Position numbers and translations under genes: made by a program. From IMG/VR virus record IMGVR_UViG_3300040786_000066: a stretch of DNA of 64,000 nt; one strand, 5' to 3'. Below are positions 58,688 through 64,000 of this stretch, one piece after another (the stretch's first letter is position 1; every line of letters begins with the position of its first letter). Under the pieces are notes generated by a model. The model worked only from the letters and a program-made list of their open reading frames with translations, did not search any database and was not told where the DNA came from. Origin of the DNA: a virus.

Positions 58688-60990
58688 ATGATATACTATA
58701 GCAAACAAAAGTACAGGCGGCACAACAGGGTGCTATATTACTAAACAACGATGCTCGATTGAGAAACGCTGTTCTAAGAAACGTAAGGACTATGGGCGGA
58801 CCAATGAAAAAACAACTCCGGTAACGCCTTTTAAAAGCCTCTATAGCCCCTTTAAAACAAAGTTTTCCTTCTAGAGTAAACGAGTCCACAAACGTTCCAA
58901 AATAAAGCCGCTCCTTACAACTCAAGAAGCAGCAAATAGCTTGACTGTTAAAGAAAAGCCGGAGTAGCAAAAGCCTACTTAAACGAGTGGATGGCTTCAC
59001 CCAGGTATATGGAAATGATCAAAACAAGCGCCCCTAAAACTTCCAAAAATAACGGAAAGAAGACAGGCTGATTTATACTCCGCGCAAGCAAGCTACATGC
59101 ATAGAGATAAAGGAAACACTGCTGCTGACTCCAGAAATTCGGACGGCAGTATTCGAGTATTCCGAAAAGGTGTAGGTACTAACGGTACTCTAGTGCATGA
59201 GATGTCGCACTCAAGCGACAGAACTGGCCGAAGTACAGGCGAAAGGCTGCCCATAACGGATGTAAAAGAATAGCAATGTTCTCCAATAGCGCTTATAGTG
59301 CAGTTAATAAAATAGTTCCAAATGAAAGAGCTGAAAGAAGAAGATGGGTATCTTATGTCACAGACCCTACAGAAACAAGAGCGCGATTAAATGACGTCCG
59401 ATTTCAGTCTAAAGAGCGCAGTATTTACGACCCCTAAGCAAAAAAGTTACTCCTGAAATATATGACAATATGAAAAGCCAAAATTTTGAAGATGAACAAC
59501 ACAGTGGCTTCGATGCTTTAAAACAGCTGAGAGGAATCTACTCAGACAAGGAAGTAATAAACTTATTGAACACCGTATCTGAAAATAAAAGAAAGCCCTT
59601 CCAAACAACATTGAACCACGATACTCATGATCTACTATAACAATAAAAGCGCCTCTGCCAAGTTACAGACCGGAGGTCAGACTCCCAAAGAATTCCAGAC
59701 AGAATACATCCAGTCCTCTAAATACGCAGCGCGACTTAAGAGTAGCGGATATCAAGCCATACCTAAAGTAGTTGAAAAAGACTTGGCCAAGTAGAACAAA
59801 CCGGGCTAAACAAATATAGAAAACACTGGGTGAGGCCTTGATGTCTTTCAAGTCCCTGCAGGCACCGGTAGTCATTTCGATAATTCAAGAGTCAACATAG
59901 ATTATAAAACTGATCTACATGATTTAAAAAAAGGATATCCAGGAATGACCATGCCTAGCCCAATAGAAGTAGAAGCACATGAGTTTTCTCATCCAAGTGT
60001 AGCCGATCTAAAAGGCTTATCACAAGATAATATCATGAACGATTACGACAACAGACAGCTTATTGGCAGAGGCCAGCGCCTTCCGTACGTAAACGACCAC
60101 GATAAAAGAGCCAGTGAAAACAAGGCGGACATCGACGCCTACAGGTACATGCTGAAACAGAAAGGTGTACGACGCCGGCAAGGAGACCTTCACGAAAGAA
60201 CATCTGAAAACAATTCCAAGAATTTCAGTCGAGAACGCCTTCAAAGAAACTACTCTGATAAAAATCTGATCTGGCTTATGAACAACGTGGCTTCATCTCC
60301 GTCAGTGCCTTCGGCTTCGCCGCCTGTCGCGGGATCGAGTCCTCTTGTACCTTATAATAATTCGCAGCGCGTAATGAAAGCCGGCATGCAAATGGATTGG
60401 GATGCAGTTAGAAATGTTAACGACAACGGCCTTGTGCAAACTGCTAAGATATTTGACCCTACTGGAATATCTTCCTATCCCGATGTGTACTATGCCTATA
60501 AAGATATGGTTGCAGGAAAAGGGTCCGCTACAAATTTGGGACTTAATATATTAGAGCTCTACCGGTAATAGGTAAAGCCAAGACTATATTTAGAATGGCC
60601 AAACTAAACAGGGTTGGAAAACCTACTGTAGGCTTAATAAAAGCAATGGATGGAGTAGCGTCAATAACCTCAAGCATAAACAAAGTTACCGGGGCACCAG
60701 TAGCCTACGCAAGAACTCTTTCAGGATCGAGCAATAGGGTAGTTCGAGGTGCGTCCTACTTAGCAAAAGGAGCTGATAATATAAGTACAAACCTCGCTAA
60801 AAAATTAAGGCCTACTGGAGAAAAGTATTCTTATAAAGTAATTACCAACTCTGACTATAAAACCTAGGAGTAGACGTGCTAGATACAGGAACTTTTACAT
60901 GACTTAAATGCTGCCGTATCTACAGCAGTGCCTACAAAGAAATCACTGATCGATAAAAATAAAAAAATTGTTTTACAGACTCGAATAATG
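58688..60990 (+). CDS. large putative virion protein(s) with two HExxH zincin-like motifs, frameshifted
   Basis: LVHEMSHSSD (~59190) followed by YVTDPTETRARL; EAHEFSHPS (~59975); late-promoter motif at 58657. Confidence 0.5.
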
Positions 60991-61024
60991 CTGAGAAAGC
61001 ATATACTAACATAAACCAATAACA

Positions 61025-61250
61025 ATGAACAAATTTGAAGAGGCAATACAAATAGCCAAAGGAGTAACTAACTTTCTTAGAATGAAAGCAAATATAGCCA
61101 ACAACGACATAGAAGAGCTGCATAAAAGAAGGTATGCAGTATGCAAGGTGTGCGAGTTTAGAAATCAGATAATGATAAATGCAATTCATGCGGATGTCCT
61201 TTGCAATTAAGAACGCGCTCCTGAAACTGCCTGCCCAAAAGAGTTTTGGA
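61025..61250 (+). CDS. small Cys-rich zinc-binding protein, frameshifted
   Basis: RYAVCKVCE...CNSCGCPLQLRTR..ETACPK. Confidence 0.6.
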
Positions 61251-61273
61251 AAGCGGTTATTTCGGTATAAAAG

Positions 61274-61314
61274 CTGCACTTTTGATACTCAAACCTGCAC
61301 TTTTGATACTCAAA
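61274..61314. repeat. 20-bp direct repeat, 2 copies
   Basis: CTGCACTTTTGATACTCAAA-C-CTGCACTTTTGATACTCAAA. Confidence 0.85.
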
Positions 61315-61522
61315 TGTTCGTTAACCCCTGATACCAGTGGGCTGCCAAGCTCCTAACAATAACAGTAAGAAACCTCGTCTTCACGTGCGTCTTGTTACGG
61401 GAGAACCCGGGTTTCTAATGACCTCCTCCCATTATTGTTTCACATAATTTCCCTCCTCCTAAAACAGAGGATTTTTTAAAGTATTATATAAATAATAAAT
61501 ATAAACAGCTAAATATTAGAAC

Positions 61523-62482
61523 CATGGCAGAATCATTTGAAGGCAAAAAATAATTAGTAACCCACTGGCAAATCTTCGCCCACAGAAAATGCAGTACGGT
61601 GCAAAGGTAGGTGGGTTCGGTAAAGTGAACAGACAGGAGGTCTTCACAACCACTGTAAAGGCTCCGATGCTAAGGGCATGTATACGGACACGAATAAAAC
61701 CAGGCGAATGATTTCTACCCAGGATCTCCTGCAAAACGCACACGGCCAATGCCTGGTTTAATGGTTTGACAGCGCAACAAAAGCTGCTCATAATACTATG
61801 ATGCGTGCTAAAGATGCTGCAGCAAGAATCCCAAGTGCTACTGTACCTGGAATGACCAGCACTAATAGAGTGTATGATCCTGTTGCACCAGTGGCCCCTA
61901 AACCAGGTAGATTCTGGACAGCAGAAGGTACAGGCATGAAGTTCGGAGGACACACCAACAGAGGAACTACTTCAGATCAAAACGTGATCAATAGCGGTAT
62001 GGCTAAGAACAAAATAGATATCCAATATCCTCAGAGTAAAAACAATACCTACGAATCAAGAGCGTTCACTGCTACGGAAAACGAGCTTTGGAAAAAGGTA
62101 AACTAAACAACTCTGACAATCCAATCGGTAGAGATACAATTGGTAGAGCTATGCAGCAAAAGATAATGCTTGCTTCTATGAACTCTCCAGTAAAAGAAGA
62201 GTTATCCAGACCTCATCAATAGCTACAAGAAAAGCAGGTGGAACAATGATGGCAAGTAAATCTTCTGGATGTGGTTGCGGTGATAGCAAAATGCAAGAAG
62301 GCGGACCTGTTACAAGTATGTCAATGCAAACAGCCAAAGGATCTATGATGGGCGCTACAACTGCTATGATGAAACAAAGAAAAGACAAAGTAAAGGCCTC
62401 ATCTGGTACTAAAACATTAGGTACAATATCTAACATGGGTATGAGTTCAACACCTAAGTATGGCATGGGAACTAAAAAGTAA
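61523..62482 (+). CDS. low-complexity basic protein with repeated M(Q/K)xGG motifs, frameshifted
   Basis: MQYGA, MKFGG, RKAGG, MQEGG; late-promoter motif at 61480. Confidence 0.5.
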
Positions 62483-63543
62483 TGCAAGATGGCGGCCCGG
62501 TAACCCCAAAGCCTAATGCTGTAAAGTACAAAGTGCCTTTAACTACTAAGAAAGCTTCCGGAAAGACTAATTCATCTGAGCAAGAAGAGCCAGAGGGGAA
62601 CCAGAAATCCTATAAGCCTGCAGCTGGAGCAAGAATGCCACAGCCTGGTAAACAAGTAGGACGCCGTCGTACTATGTACGCTGATGGTGGTAACATTCCA
62701 CAGATTGACGAGGAGTCTCCCATTAGATATCGACGCTAAAGTTTCGTTCTATAATCTATCGCCAGCACCTACTGTAATAGCTCCTTCGCCTGCGGCCGTG
62801 GCTACAACAGCTACTCCAGCAGCCCCAGTAGATCCAACAACAAGCGCTTTATTTGGAGGAGCCAGCTCAGCGCTAGAACATCTGTACAATGCTACCGACG
62901 GGACTAATAATTTCGATAAAGTAGTCGACTTTCTTGGCACCATGGCAGAGGCAGAAAGTTTTAAGGGTAAGCAGACCTACAGTCTCACCTCATCCGCCTC
63001 AGGAATATTCCATTTCCTTACAGGCAACGGAGGCGGGCACAACAAAGCAGGCGTAAAGAGGACCTAGGCCAGTATGATGCCAAAGGAGTTCTTAGAACAT
63101 CCTCTTTGAAACAGCAAAGAAAAGATTACGCGCCATGATGGGGAATCCTAAGTACTCTGATAGTATAAAGAAACAGCCCGGCTTAGTGTACGAGCTTTCT
63201 ACTGTACTTCAGGCACGCACACCGGACGATTTGTCCCCACAAAAGCAGGCTATCCTGGCATACGCCAACCTGAAGATGCAGTCCAACGATTTCTCTAGCT
63301 ATCTGCAGGAAAACAAGCTGCTTCAGACGTGTATGGCAAGGTTTGGGTAACCGAGGTAGCACACATAGCGACGGAGAGATCAAAACCAACTGGCAAAACG
63401 CTATAAAGAGAAGTGTCAACCAGAAATCAAACCACGCCTTCTTCGGTTTAGCCCCTATATCCACTATACCAGGTATACCCAACGTACTTCGTGACGGCGG
63501 AGCTTTCGATCTGAGAGTCCAACAGAAGAAGACTTTAATCTGA
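62482..63543 (+). CDS. putative virion-associated lysozyme-fold muramidase, frameshifted
   Basis: MAEAES...SSASGIFHFL...DLSPQKQAILA resembles lysozyme-superfamily motifs; N-terminal MQDGG and YADGG. Confidence 0.55.
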
Positions 63544-64000
63544 CAGCTTCCATTTCTGTAATATTTGTTTTAACCCTCCTTGTCTCTTACCTTGGAGGGT
63601 TTTATGTATCTTTACAAGTAAATAAAGAACGCCTACATGCTTTCTTGAAAAACTATTTCTGTCATAGGTAATATTAGGGTAACCCTGGGTGTAAAAGCTC
63701 AGGGTTTTTTGTGCCCTGCTTACAGCGAGCATACGCCAACCTAACTTGGGCAGGTCCCTTTAATCCTAACCATTCTTCAGCACAGCCCCATCTCCAGGAC
63801 CCGCGTGCAAACCCGAGAACCCGTGCTTCACATAAAAGGCCCCGCCCTTTCCCGGAGGCTTCGCCAAATGCTGTGTAAAAGGGGTAGGGTCTTCCCTGTA
63901 AAAAAATATTTAAAAAATTTTTGGAATTTTAAGCGCGCAGTGATACACATAGCTGAAAATCCCCGCCGAAAACGTCAGGAAATGGAATTTGTCGCCGAGC

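Noticed and set aside
1-64000. Stop-codon reassignment (TAG or TGA read-through, known in some crAss-like phages) as the cause of gene fragmentation
   Set aside because: Breaks are frame changes with overlapping fragments, ending in all three stop types, often near homopolymers. No suppressor tRNA (CTA or TCA anticodon) is present. Sequencing indels explain it better.

Overview
This window is most of the late (virion) module of a crAss-like (Crassvirales-type) Bacteroidota phage. On the - strand, read right to left, are a PD-(D/E)XK nuclease, terminase, double GroES, portal, scaffold-like protein, major capsid protein, tail ring and stabilisation proteins, a ~24 kb tail-fibre/spike region, a lysis cassette and putative ejected cargo proteins. 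On the + strand are 21 tRNA or tRNA-like genes (54.9-58.4 kb) and further putative virion proteins. Nearly every long gene is broken by frameshifts that look like uncorrected long-read indels, so merged gene coordinates are approximate and protein family calls rest on motif recognition, not database searches. Main finding: the tRNAs form three operons. Each has a host-type Bacteroidota promoter, a short leader ORF, an antiterminator and an intrinsic terminator. The codons in each leader match the tRNAs of its own operon (L/H/E/Q/P; A/I/G/M/D/T/V; Y/S/N/C/W/F). This looks like ribosome-stalling attenuation that would switch on phage tRNA sets when the matching host tRNAs are depleted.
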